Under the pieces are notes generated by a model. The model made no database searches. It was not told the origin of the DNA and saw only the letters and a list, made by a program, of their open reading frames with translations. DNA of 64,000 nt from the human T2T-CHM13v2.0 reference genome, Homo sapiens, in the NCBI RefSeq assembly GCF_009914755.1, contig NC_060934.1; one strand, written 5' to 3'. A program made the position numbers and the translations under genes. Positions 13,901 to 28,580 of the stretch are shown here, in pieces. Position 1 is the stretch's first letter. Every line of letters begins with the position of its first letter.

Positions 13901-15126
13901 ATCAAGTTTTTACCATACAGGTTTTTTTCAGATTTATTAAAAACTGTATAACTATTTTCACTTAGTGGTTTGTTTTTGAATACTGGCTCATAAATAGATA
14001 TTTTCTTAATCTTGTTATTTCTGTCTACTTAACAGTTGTTTTAAAGAATGTAAAAACAATTTCCTGAATACACATTTTTGACACATAAAAAGATTCTCTT
14101 TTTGTATTATACATTCTATATTTTTTCTTATTATTTTGTCCCCACGTACATATATTGTTAGATACTGAATTAACTTAATATTTAAATATTCTTATTAAAC
14201 AAAAACCACATGCTAGATCATATTACATACTATAAACACTATTAACCAAGAAAACTTTTCTTTAAACAGAGGCAGCTCTAATTTAGACTGTCTTTCTGTA
14301 AAGAGGATTTCACTCAAAGCTTCTCTCTTTTTGAAGTAATATAAGAAAATTGACCACTGAGAATATAGTTGTTTTTTAGAATTTCATGTGATAAAATTCA
14401 GAGTCCCAAATTAAAATTATACCAGTAGATCTAGAGAATTTTTAAAGAGGCCAAACTTCAAAATGATATTTTATCCAAATAGGTAACAACAGTGAACAGT
14501 CAGACTCAGAGAGAGAGGAATAAAAATATCCACATTGCTCGAGAGCTGTCTATAAATCACACAATAGTAATTATATTTAGCCTCCACAAAGAGCTCCTTT
14601 TAAAGAAAAATGACTCTCTCATAGTTGGCTTTGCCCTAGAATGATATCTAGCAGATATCTATTTTAAAGTTCAAAGTCTAACTATTCAGTAATATGTCAT
14701 TATTTCTTTCCACATTATTGTGTGTCTTTTCACTGTTTGCTTTGACTACATAATTCCACTATGACTCATTCTAACATTAGATCACACTGTAGGTCTTTAT
14801 ACTTATTTCATTGCAGAGGTGATTCACAAATTTAAACAAGCTATGTGCACGTAGATCAACATTTTCAAATATGTAAATGTCTGTCCTTAATAGATGATAA
14901 ATCCTCAAATACACTGTGCTAACACAAGACCTTGCTTCAATTTAACATTTTCAAACATGACATCCCCATACAGCCATGGAAATACTTCAGCTATGGATCA
15001 GGAAAGTAAAAATTTAAGCCATTTATTTTTCAACTGCCTTATATTTCCCAAGTTCAAAAGTACATTGCCAGATTAACCAACCTTGACTTTTGAGATACGT
15101 TCAATTTAGCCATCCTGAGAGTAGTC

Positions 15127-15365
15127 GATTGTGAGGGCACTTATGATAAAATATTTCACATTTTGTAAGTTGCATTAAGTTAGAAACATTCATTTTTATT
15201 ATTGGTTTTTAGTAAATTATATGAGAATTTTAAAATAAATTTCCAAAATTTTACATTTTCATGCATAGAAAACATTATCTGGATTTTTAATTTAATTTTG
15301 TAATTCTAAGTTCATAATTGTGATACTATATAATATAAAATATATACTTTTTAAATTATTTCTAA
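15127..15365 (+). repeat. Partner (probable donor) of 13216-13455
   Basis: Same alignment. Confidence 0.95.
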
Positions 15366-16124
15366 TATATTTTAAATGAAACTCTTCAATAATTGAAGAA
15401 AGATTTGAAGATAATAAACTAGAGGGTAATAATTTATATGAATCCTAAACATCTGACAACACTGCTTTAGCCGAATTTAACGATATATCTTAACCCAGTC
15501 CAAAAGTTGTTGAGTTCAAACACAGGATATGAATCTTAAAAATAATAAATAGTAAAGAAATTCATAAAGAATCATTTTTATTAAATTTTTTTGATGTCCT
15601 TTACTGTTTAAAATTAACATATTTTGTTTATTTTTAAAGATGTTATCTTTTATTTAAGAATAACTATAGTGTTGGCAGTTAAAAATCACAGGTTTCTGCT
15701 CAAAATACTACTTTTATATTTGGGGTAGATATTCAAATATCCGGGTTTTATTCCGAGCTGTTTAACAAATGTATAAGCATACAAATAGTATGTTACAGTC
15801 AACCGCAGTATTAAGAAATAGTTTGTGTAAAGCAGACAGTAGGGAGTATGTAAGTAAGTTGTGTTTAACCATTGGAATTGGAAACATAATTTTAAATCAT
15901 AGAAACATGGAATAAAGCATTATGTAAGAATCTTCACACAATTTCAAAAAGGACCAGTATTCTATTCATTTGAAAGCCCATTTACGGGGAAAATTTTGAG
16001 GAATACTTGTTTTCCATTATTAAATAAAACACAGCTTCTAAACAGGGTGGAAAATACCATACAGAGTTGCCATATGAGAAACAGCTTAATTGCAAATCAG
16101 CGCCTTCCTTTCCAAGAATACTTT

Positions 16125-16615
16125 TGTTACCCCGACACCAGGGTTGTGCTGTAGGTCAGTTGCTTGCCACACAGAAAGCCAATCACTGAGACAATGAGTA
16201 TTGCCAGGGAAGAGGGCTATAATCAGGTGCAGCATCCAAGGAGAACAGATCACACTCAAATCTGTCTCCTCAACCAACTAAAATTGGAGATTTATATAGC
16301 AAAGAAGAAATGTACTACCTGCAGAAAAACAGCAATTAGGGAGGGGTAAGGACGAGTAGTTGGTCAGCAGGCAACGTGTGATTCGTTTGGCAATCATGAT
16401 GAGTGAGGAGGCTGTGGTCTCATTCTCCAGATGGAATGATCTGGTGAATTTCAGTTTCTTTATATCATCAGTGGGCCTAAAGGTTGGTTTCCTGAGAAAG
16501 AAACTCAGATAAGACAAATGTAAGCTTCTCGAGTTTTAAGACTGGGAGTGTCCATTTCTATGTTTCTTTTAAAAAATGTAAACATCAGTTCCATGGGACA
16601 ATTGGGTAAGTTTCA
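16125..16615 (-). mobile_element. ERV1 solo LTR (MER66-like, longer variant)
   Basis: Homologous to 9736-10180 with an extra ~40-bp block; tgttac..tttca termini. Confidence 0.85.
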
Positions 16616-16714
16616 TATTGACTATCAAAGTGGAGCTAATATATGAAAAAAACTGTGCGGGGTCGAATTTTTAAAAAATCTACACTTTTTATTAACCAGT
16701 TGTCTACACCACTA

Positions 16715-16945
16715 CTGCCAATAGAAATATAGCAAGACATATACAAATAGTTTTAAATGGTCTAGTAATGACATTAAAAAAATTAAACCAACTAAATTAA
16801 CTCTATTATTTAAACAATATATTCAAAAATTATCATTTGCGTGTGTAATTAATATAAAAATTATGAATGAAATATGTTTTATTCCTCTATTCACACTACA
16901 TCTTTGAAATCTGGTGTGTATTTTAAATGTACAATACACCTCAAT
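16715..16945 (+). mobile_element. MER33 (hAT-Charlie), truncated at its right end
   Basis: ccaatagaaatata..tctttgaaatctggtgtgtatttt..cacctcaatt; orientation by recalled consensus. Confidence 0.75.
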
Positions 16946-17136
16946 TAATCTTTGGCATTTTCAAAGTGAAATTTGAGAACAATTTAAATAATTATTCATT
17001 GATTCATTTTAAAGTGATAATAATAATAAACCCATAGCCTGTTAACACATTTATTAATAAAAGTTACCATATTTTCAAAATATTTAAAAGTGGAAAAGAG
17101 GCATTGCTTTAAATTTTGAGAAATGTCTTTAATGTC
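16946..17136 (-). repeat. Charlie1a fragment duplicated from 19221-19405
   Basis: Roughly 80% identical to the nearby Charlie1a copy and shares its apparent non-consensus changes. Confidence 0.8.
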
Positions 17137-19126
17137 ACTCACATCTTAAGAGCTTGTACTTGCCTGAAGCTCATGGCTACTTTATTGGAAGCTCATTATC
17201 TAAATCATAATCACCATTCATTTCAGGTTCAGTAGGACTCATCATCTTTCCTAAAAGCATTAAAGATTCACTTCTCTACATTTTGTATTTTTACATCACC
17301 TATTATTTGTAAATGCTGATCCCACTAATACATCTGTATGAATGAGAAGAAAACCAAGTCATTTAGCCAATGATTCCAGGAACTTTCTGCACATGTACTG
17401 GCTGATAAAATTGCTTCTAATGGCATTGCAAGCTGACATTGTTTCTCAGTTTTGTGCTTAGCAATTTAGAGACATTACTGAATTTTTTGTAAGTATTAGT
17501 TTGAAGTTTCTGTTGTATATACTGTTATAAAGAAAATAGACCTTAAGAGTGATTTTTTAGAAAAACAAATTTATTGTTTATTTACTTAGGTAATTTCAAA
17601 AAACTATTATGATGTCTACCATCATGGAACTAATAAACCAATAGATCACAATATTAACTTTCTTAGATGGGTTGACCTTAGGTATATTGTTATAGATCAT
17701 ATATATCAGTATGAAAAACAGAGGTGATGAAAAGTCTACATGACAATATTATTGTGAAGACCATGTAATTATTGGGCACAAAAAATTTGAATGAGTGCTT
17801 CCTCGTACCTATTAATAAGAGCTAATACTAAATGCTGAAACAATTCATGAGCTATTCTGTATTTGCAATGGCAAAGTAGCACTTAATACTCATGATGGAC
17901 TCAAGAATATCAGATCACAGATGCGTTCAGGGTCAGATTTTCATGAAACAAAAACAATATTACTTATAGCCATGTTTGTGTGGTTGCCACTTTACGCTGG
18001 TGCGTTGCAAAGTTTGTGGCACTTAGATGACATTTGTTAAATATTTGCTTAAGCAAATGAAAAAAATGGCTGTTCAAGAATAGCAATTGTTTTCTCAACC
18101 CTGTAAGTCACAGCACATTTCTTAGGTATATAAAGTTACATACTGAGGTGCCCTGGAATGTTACAAAGAAGAAAAAAATTTTGTTTTCTCACTATTTGGG
18201 AAATAACAGTCTATATTTAATGGATTTTTAAAATAGATAACCATATTTATAAACTACATATTACTACCAGGTCAATACTCTTCTGAAGACCTTTGATATA
18301 TTTTAGGGATGAAGATTTCCAATTTTGAGTACAGTTGGTACATGTGTGTGGTTGTCATATAACAATATGAGAAAATGCCATTTAAAAGTTTAGGTCAAGA
18401 GGCCAAGGTTTTTAAAAAATCTTAATTAGAAATGATTTCTCCAGGGAAAAACTCAATTAGCATTGAAGCATCTTACTCAAACTTTTAAAGTTCACTCATA
18501 AACAAATTTTTGCCATTTGGAAAGAATAAGGTGAAAAAAATCAAGAGAAAACCAGCCATTTATTAATACATAATGTGCCTTCCAGGGAATCATAAAACGT
18601 AGTGGAAGAGTAAAACAAAATGAATACTACACATTTTAAACCCATTTGAAGTTTTTTTTATTATTTTTAAGAGAGGACTCTCAACAATTGCCTGCCTTTG
18701 TTGTATGTAAGTATAGACCATTTAAGTCTTTATTCCACCTAAGATATTGATAGGGTAACACTACTGTCACCTTCTGGAACCAGTCAGTTTATGGCTGAGC
18801 TAAGGGGTTTTTTGGACTGATATAAATATTTATTTAAAGATGACATAAGTGAACACGTGTATTAAGCGTTAGGTATGAAATCCCTTTTATTTTAAAATAA
18901 AACCATGCTTACACAATAAAATGAAAGGATTTTGACATTCGTCCCAATCATTTTGGCCAACCAATCGGTATCACTCATATTTGGGAATTTACTCATGGGT
19001 ATTGAAGGAACTAAGTCAACAAGATATTCTACACCAAAATGACAACATTGGGTTCAAATGTTGTATTTTAAAAAAAAAAAAAAACTCATAAAGCTCATGT
19101 GGTGAGTTCATCTCTCTGATCTGTAA

Positions 19127-20524
19127 TAATCGTTCTGGAAATTTTGGTCTCAGGACCCCTTTACATTTTAAAGAATTTTCGAGAACCCTAAGGAGCTTTT
19201 GGTTAAGTAGGTTTTATCCATAAATCCTTAGCATATTCAGGGTTAAATTGAAACAATTTAAATGATTATTTATTGATTCATTTAAAAATAATAATAATAA
19301 ACCCATACCCTGTTAACAATTTATTAATGAGTTGCTATCTTTTCTATATTTTTTAGAAGTGGAAAATATGCATTGCCATACATTTTGAAAAATGTCTTTA
19401 ATGTCTGATTTACAGAGCATAGCTGGGTTCTTTGAATACTTCTATGTGCTTCTGCATACATGCTATTGAAATATGTTGTATTGGATGAAGTATATAAAAA
19501 ATTTTAGCATCACACAGAGATGTATGTGGAAAAGAAGGGTATTATAATAGCCTTTTCAGATAACTGTGGTTATCCTCACGTGATACCATACCAAAATTTG
19601 AACAGCGGTAATTTCTTAAAAGCATCAATGTGAAAATTGTAATGTAGAATCTGAAAACTTATCAGTGAATGTTCTGTACCCTGGTACATTAATATCCATG
19701 AGTTTATGTCCCACCTTCAATGGATCTTTTACCTATGTATGATGTCATAACATCATGCATGATGTCACTTGGAAATTACTAGATTTTTTTAGTTTTTCGA
19801 TTCCTCCAAATTTGACATATTTAAATATATCGTATCAAAAATTCACACTTACACCATCACCACTGATATCATAAGAGAAATATGTAGCTACTAGGAAGCT
19901 TCAAGATCACAATAGTGGTTCCATGTTTTCCAAAATTCTGTCACTTGAAAGCTCAAATTTATTGGCAACAAATAGTATCTGTTGTTTTCCTTGAAGTGAC
20001 AGGATCAGTTTATTCTGTTTAAGAAAATGTCTACTAAATACCCATGTCTGAATAACCTAAGATTTCTTGTTAGCTATTTTTTCAATTGAAAATTATTTTC
20101 CATGAAAAAGTAACAAAATCAACTCACAACTGTATCACACAAGTGCTGTTCCTTAAAATAATCATCATACTTTGACTTCCAGAAGCTAAGTATGCATATT
20201 TCCCAGCTATCACAAGGAATGTTTAAAAGATGTGTACTGAAGGGTCGATATTGTAAGTTAATTTATTTTAGTGCTGTTTCTTAAATGAAGTCAACACTTG
20301 ATTCCTTTTAATGTTCTAATGGATAAAAATAAAACTCGCTGCTGACGTAGTTTCATGCCGCTGCTCATATCTGTGCTCAGCCATCCGTAGTTTTCTCCAC
20401 TATGGCTTGTGCACCATCAGTGCAACACAAAAGGCAAACGAGGTCTCAGTGTAATTCTGAAAAACATTTTGGTCTCGCAGAACTCCTGCAAGATCTCAGG
20501 GAGAGAACATATTGAGACCCACAG
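19127..20524 (-). mobile_element. Charlie1a hAT DNA transposon, near full length, decayed transposase
   Basis: ttttggtctcaggaccccttt start, antisense transposase remnants, gagacccacag end; degenerate 8-bp TSD. Confidence 0.9.
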
Positions 20525-20544
20525 CCCTGTATATTTCCACTAAG

Positions 20545-20960
20545 CAGGGATCCAGCTTCACCTTGAACAACTTAAGCCAAGATATCCTTGCTTGGCACAG
20601 CAATGATAGTCTCCCTTAATGAAGTTGAAATCCATCTCCCTATAACTTTCACTAGTAAATCCTACCTACTCCAACCTCTTGGGGAAGCACAGAAAAAAAC
20701 TAACCCCTCTTCCGTATGTCAGCCTCTCCACTATTTGAAGATAGTTTTCATGAATTCCCAGATCTGGGCTTCCCCAGGTTCAATATTCTTTTATTCATCA
20801 ACATTTCCACATAGGAATTAAATTTTAACTCGTGTGCACATCCTTGCTACTGATATAGTTCAGTGTATTATGAACCATCTCACTGTTTATTTTTAACTTT
20901 ATTTTCAAAGATGTCAGATCTTCATTACAATCTGGTGGTGCTCCTTGCCCAGTATGAATG
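20545..20960 (-). mobile_element. L3/CR1 LINE fragment
   Basis: ctaacccctcttccgtatgtcagcctctccactatttgaagatag matches L3. Confidence 0.65.
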
Positions 20961-20999
20961 TCTTGCTTTTATATTTTATGGCATTACCTCTTAGCCAAA

Positions 21000-21720
<721 letters not shown>

Positions 21721-22445
21721 TGGTAGATTGCACTAAAGTTCTTCATTTTCCACCTCTCCCTGTCTCCACGCCCATTCCTAGTTTCCTCCCACATAGATTC
21801 TGGGTTGGCTATGAGACTTGCTTTTGCCTGTGGGACAGCAAAAAACATGCTGCAAGAAGAGACTTGACAACATGCACACTCTTTCTGAGAACCCAGGCAC
21901 ACTATTTCTGAGAACCAGGAGAACAGGCTGGACCAGCCCCTGGAGGATGAGATGGGTGGAGAAAAACTGGGTTGTCTCAGCTGGGAATATTCTAGGCCAG
22001 CCAGCTCCCAGCCTGCTCATGAGCTGGCCACAGGTGAATAAGTGCCCAGCTGAGATTGGCCAGTTCTAGTTCAGAGCAGCAGAATTTCCCAGACAACCCG
22101 TAGACGCCTGAGACAAATATAAATTCAGTGGTTGACCACGTGCCCCACCACGTTGCAACACAACATGGAGAACGACCTATTGAAGACTCAGCTAAGTCAC
22201 TAGCTGGGAGACGGCACCTTCATTGTTAAGGCACTGCCCTGCAAGGTCACAGTAAAGCATGAAACCGGAAGGCAATGTTTGGTGCCACCTCTTAGTCATA
22301 CCTGAGGTCAATAGGTCTAGGAACCAAGGAAACAATGATTAATTTTGAAAAAAAAAAATTTTGCTTCCCTTTCCCATGATCTTGGGTTCAGGAGGTTTGG
22401 GGGTCTGACTGGCAGAAGGCACAGGCCTTGTCCAGTGACACACTT
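21721..22445 (+). mobile_element. MLT1(G/H-like) MaLR LTR fused to a MaLR/ERVL internal fragment (~22126-22445)
   Basis: LTR motifs, then ttgaagactcagctaag..ggaaccaagg..aattttgcttccc internal motifs. Confidence 0.7.
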
Positions 22446-22955
22446 CTACACTGCAGCCCTTTTCTGGGCTCTGGAAACCAACTCTTTTTGCCCCATGAGG
22501 CAGGGCAGTGGCAATAACTCCCTGAGAGTCCTGGCTTCTGTTCCTCCTGTGTCTCCTGTTTGTTTCCCTTAGCTCCACCCCGAACTTTGCAAAGTTTCCA
22601 TTGCGAAGTTTCCAGGGTGGAAAATGCTATGTTTTGTGTGGAGCCCTGACCCATACGGTCTGTGAGAATAGCTCTAGGATTTTTAAATCCAGGAAAAGCA
22701 AGGCAAGGAGTCTACAAGAGTTTTTGATGTCTTTGAATGACATTTGATTGCCAGATAATGGAAAGAATCTTTTTCCAGATAGAATTGCATCCTATCGGTG
22801 AACTTAAAATGGCTGTTATATTTCCGTAGTTTTGCTTTTTGTTTTAACTATTATAACTGTGAATATTCGGAAGTTTCACCTAGTGTATGCTTGTTCACAT
22901 TACTTGCGCCAAATGTAAGGTTTCTTTCTACTTTGTTTCTTAACTCATTAATCAT

Positions 22956-23410
<455 letters not shown>

Positions 23411-23489
23411 TCAAGCTCATGTTGTTAAATTTTAATATAACCTATGTGTCTCCAAGTCCTTTAATCTGGGCTTTCCTTCTTATTTAATA

Positions 23490-23490
<1 letters not shown>

Positions 23491-23533
<43 letters not shown>
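23491..23533. repeat. (CA)n microsatellite
   Basis: Seen directly. Confidence 0.98.
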
Positions 23534-23535
<2 letters not shown>

Positions 23536-23611
23536 GCATAAGCCCCCACCTATTATGGAAAATTTAATATAGACTGTAGAGATTCTCATAGTCATCTTTG
23601 ATTTATATTTT

Positions 23612-23787
23612 TTTCTTCCTCCTTCCCTCCCTGCCTCCTTTCTTTTTCCTTCCTTCCTTCCTTTTTTCCTTCCCTCCTTGCCTCCTTGCCTTATTCCCTC
23701 CTTCCCTCCCTCCCTCTTTCATTCCTTCCTTCCCTCATTCCTTCATTCCTTCTCTCATTCCCTCCCTCCCTCCTTCCTTCCTCTTTC
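23612..23787. repeat. (TTCC)n-like polypyrimidine tract
   Basis: Seen directly. Confidence 0.95.
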
Positions 23788-24293
23788 AGTTTGCAGCTGA
23801 ATTATCTAGCTGCTTATTGTAGCCCATCTTATAAGTAAACCCAAATGTAAGATGTAACCACCTTTTAATAATTTTCCACAATGCCAAAGGCTTGAGGACA
23901 TTGCGTGCTACACATCTTTACTGAACTTTGCTGTAATGAAACAGTTTGTGTCACAGTTCAACAGTTTCTTATGTGGCCTGCACCTAAAGCCCCAGTCACT
24001 TCACAGAGTGTCCTGCTGATGGACCTCCTCCCCAGGGGGCAAAGCCTTTCATCCATTTCTGGGCCCTTTGCTCCCTGCTGCTCTTCAAATATCATATTTT
24101 CTTCTTTTAGGACAACTCCACACTTTCTTCTGAACTGGCTCCAGTCAGTGAAAACTCTTGCTCTATTGTTTCAAGTCACTTAGGAAGGAGGTAGCTACAT
24201 ACAATTCCAAACTCAAAACTAGAAACGTTTTCCTCTAAAAGCCACCTGCCTGATAGGAATCACAATATCATCCTGAAAGCCAAAATCAGCTGA

Positions 24294-24673
<380 letters not shown>

Positions 24674-24837
24674 ATGTTTGGCATCATATTTTAAATGTTC
24701 TTTCTCTCCTCCATTTCTGCCAAGCACTGTAGTGGGGCGGGACAAAGGTGTGTCAGAAAAAGAGCCATGCATCAGGGACTATGGAACAGAAGAGTGGACT
24801 TTCTAGGTAGGGACATCTGCTGGCATGTCCAAGGATG

Positions 24838-24864
<27 letters not shown>
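24838..24864. repeat. (TG)n microsatellite
   Basis: Seen directly. Confidence 0.95.
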
Positions 24865-24868
<4 letters not shown>

Positions 24869-24980
24869 AAAATACGATGGCTTCAAGCAGATAGTGGGAT
24901 ATCTTCAAACAGATCTGTCTCAGCAACATTAACGAGCAAGAAACAAGTTGGACAACACTCTTTAAGATAAAGGTGTTTGT

Positions 24981-25250
24981 CCGCATGCTCTCACTCATAA
25001 GTGGGAGTTGAACAAGGAGAACACATGGACACAGGGAGGGGAACGTCACACACCCGGGCCTGTAAGGGGGTGGGGAGTGAGGGGAGTGAGAGCATTAGGA
25101 CAAACACTTAATGCATGCGGGGCTTAAAACCTGGATGATGAGTTGGTGGGTGTGGCAAACCACCATGGCACATGTATACCTATGTAACAAACCTGCACAT
25201 TCTGCACATGTACCCCAGAAGTTAAAGAAAAATTTTTTAAAAAAGAAAAC
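24981..25250 (+). mobile_element. L1PA7/8-like 3' end
   Basis: ctcactcataagtgggagttgaac..aatgcatgcggggcttaaaacc..; degenerate TSD aagataaaggtgttt / aacataaagatgctt. Confidence 0.9.
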
Positions 25251-27220
25251 AACATAAAGATGCTTTTTATGAAGAGGGTTACTGGGGTTCTTCAAATAAC
25301 TTCAAATAACGTATCTGAAAGAAGTTTCTAGCTCTGCCTTAGTATAGTTACAGACTGTCCTTTGTCTTGTATTTAAAGCCCTTGCATGTCAGATTTCTGT
25401 TCCAAGTCCCCATCTCAGCCGTCTCAGCCACCTCCTCTTCCTGTGGCATCTAATTACTACTAAATGTTCTTGCCAGAGCAAATGTATCTGCGTTCTCCCT
25501 CTATACACAGCATCTAAATGAAATGTACGTTTTTTTATTTGTTTTACGTCAGACAAGGAAAATATTTGTAAGCAAATACAGGGATATGTGGGAGAGTTCC
25601 ATTGTCCCCCGTATCTCACTGCTGTCTTTTTCTTTTTGATGTAACAGCCTATCTATTCCCAAAATGGGATGCCACTAAACATTTACTTTCTTCTCCTTTT
25701 TTTCTGATTTACCTGTGACTCTTCTATTCAGAAACTATTCACCCCTATTATCACCTTATGATCTTAGTTTTAACCAAATTCATAACCCACAAACTATTTC
25801 TTGGCTGAGCAGTGAAAACATCCTTTGGTTGTTATGTATTCAGGACAAATTCCAACCCATAACATGAAATACAGACATCTTAGAAAATGAAATAAGCACC
25901 TATACATGCAGCTATTTATATATTTGCCAATTTTATTTGCATTTTTTTTACTTTTTTATGTTCCTGTTTAACCTGTAAATAAAAATTGCTAGGTAGTACA
26001 AGCCACACATATATAATAGAGATTTGGAATTGAACCATGAAATTTGTTTTCTATTGGGAATTGAGAATAGCCATAGTGCTTGAAGTTTTGATTCAGTTCA
26101 TGAAAAGATTTATTTTTTTTAGAGAATAGGTATAGAATCCTAAATGCATGAATGGAGGAGAATATCTATCTGGATATAAGTATTTGTATAAATATATGTA
26201 TATCATTAGTTCATATTCTTATATAAAATAAATAATACTAACATACCACCTGACTGTAATAGTAATGTAATTGAAATTTATGAATATATTAGTCATTCTG
26301 ATATATGAATAACAACATCAATAATAAATTGATCAGAATAGACAGTCAGCACTAGCATTTTTCATTTACTTCCTGTAGATTTTATTGCCTAAGTTGTGTC
26401 TTACGTTTGAGTTTTCAAGAAAGCCTGTACATCTCACTAGATTGACACTTTAATTGTCTCCTGCTTGGAATCTTGATGAGCTCCCCAGGCCTGTGTCTAT
26501 AACCAAGTCAGATTAAAGACCTCCTCTTTTAATTTTCAAAAGGTCTCATGACTCTCATCCTAATAAACAATGTTAAAGTAGAAAAGATTAAATATGACAA
26601 ATGGAATAAATATTACTAACTTTAATTTATAATTCAAAATAATCACGTGGGATGGCATGCAAATGTAAACAACATGCAAATATATACTCTTTGTGTTTTC
26701 TATAAAAATTTTCCAATGGAACAAATTAAGAACTGCATGTATAGCTTATTTTGCAGTGTTTATAAAGTGAGACGGCTTTCTAGATCAATATACAATTATT
26801 TCTTATTTAGCATGATTTTAAGGTAAAGTAAATTAAGAAACATACATACAACATATATACGTTGATTTCTATTTGTCCTTATTGTTCTTTCCTTTGCCCT
26901 GAGTGTCCTAAGACTGCTCAATTATTAAATTTGTTTCCAGATAGTCCTCTTAATCTGTTTTTTTTTTCAGATAAAAAATATACATGTGATTTTTCTGAGC
27001 TATGTGCAGCATCTCAGTTTGTACTCTATTTTTAAACAAGAGAAATTGTTCTGCAAGGGACGTTTACATTGTTTTCTTGTTCTTACCTCCCCCCCTCAAT
27101 AATACTGAGTCTCACGCATAGATTCAAGTTATGCAAAGCTTAGATTAAACTCTTCAGTCAGAAATATTTTTGTTTCAAACTCAATTTACTCAGCAGAAAG
27201 AAAATACCCTTTCTCCCTCT

Positions 27221-27327
27221 CTTCCTCCTTCTCCTTTTTCCTGCTACTCCCTTCTTCCTCCTTCTCCTTTTTCCTGCTACTCCCTTCTTCCTCCTTCTCC
27301 TTTTTCCTGCTACTCCCTTCTTCCTCC
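27221..27327. repeat. 33-bp minisatellite, 3 perfect copies plus a partial
   Basis: Unit cttcctccttctcctttttcctgctactccctt. Confidence 0.95.
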
Positions 27328-27533
27328 CCCTCTTTCTCTGCTTCCTCTTCCGCCTCTTCATTCTTCATGAAACTTCAACCATACTGACCTTTGTTCCCTT
27401 AACATTGATCATGAACAACTTTCCTTACATTCGATATGTTCTATGATGGCATTTTGAATGGGTGTATCATATTCTGCCACGTGGATGTATCTAATTTATT
27501 TAATGCTCCCCTGATATTAAATCTGCTCTAGAA

Positions 27534-27893
27534 TATATATATTATAATATATATGTAATATAATATATATATATATATATTTTTTTTTTGAGACAAAGTC
27601 TTGCTCTGTTGCCTAGGCTGGAGTGCAGTGGTACGATCACGGCTCACTGCAGCCTCGAACTTCCAGGCTCAGATCATCCTACCACTTCAGCCTTCCGAGC
27701 AGCTGAGACTACAAGTGTGTGCCACTATGCCTGGCTAATGTTTTTTATATGTATTTATTTATTTTTTTATTTTGGTAAGAGACAGGGTTTTACCATGTTG
27801 TCCAGGCTGGTCTGGAACTCCTGGGCTCAAGTGATCTGCAAAACTGGGCTTCCCAAAGTGCTAGGATTACAGATGTGAGCCACCGTACCCAGC
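27534..27893 (-). mobile_element. AluJ with (TA)n-expanded tail
   Basis: gatcacggctcactgcagcctcg and ctcctgggctcaag J diagnostics. Confidence 0.92.
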
Positions 27894-28329
27894 TTGAACT
27901 TTCAAAGATGATGACGTTGAATTTATTTAGATAAATAGAATTAAAGAAACAAAAATGTTTTCAATAGTTGCTACGTTTATGTTATCCTTAGAGCTTCCCC
28001 AAGCTTGTTTCAATGCCTCCACTCTGTGTCATCATGATATTCAGAAAAGTTTTGCATTAGAAGCAGCACCATTTTTTATTGATGTGTTATAAGTTTATGT
28101 CTCTACTATTGTCTCATCCACATCTCACAGTTGTGTTTCATGGCTGCATAGACCTACTCGGGTAACCAAATGCAGTGTTTTTGAGAGTTTAAACATGAGT
28201 CGCACCCACACTCATGCACAAGGAGACTATATTCATGGAAGGCTCACCGTGTGATCAAGCCCGTGCAAGGCATAGTTCAAATGCTATGGTCTGAGGGTCA
28301 TCAGCACTGAGGATAAAAATAACTATAAC

Positions 28330-28580
28330 AATAAAACAATGATGATGATAGCTAACATTATATAACACTACTACATCTCCAAGAGAGCTCTACATACTTT
28401 GAACGTAATCATTATTTACTTCGGACAACAATCCATATGACTGTATTGTTTATCATGGTCTCCATTCTGCACTAAGAAAATGAAGGCCAAAAAAAGTCCA
28501 TGTAATTTTCCTGAGATGATACACACTCGTAATTAAAGGAGCAGGGCTGGATCTCAGGCAGTAAGGCCCTGGGTCTGCAC
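28330..28580 (-). mobile_element. MIR
   Basis: gatagctaacatt..ccattctgcactaagaaaatgaaggcc core. Confidence 0.65.

Noticed and set aside
27158-27370. Lys/Arg-, Glu- and Pro-rich repetitive ORFs
   Set aside because: Artefacts of the 33-bp pyrimidine minisatellite.
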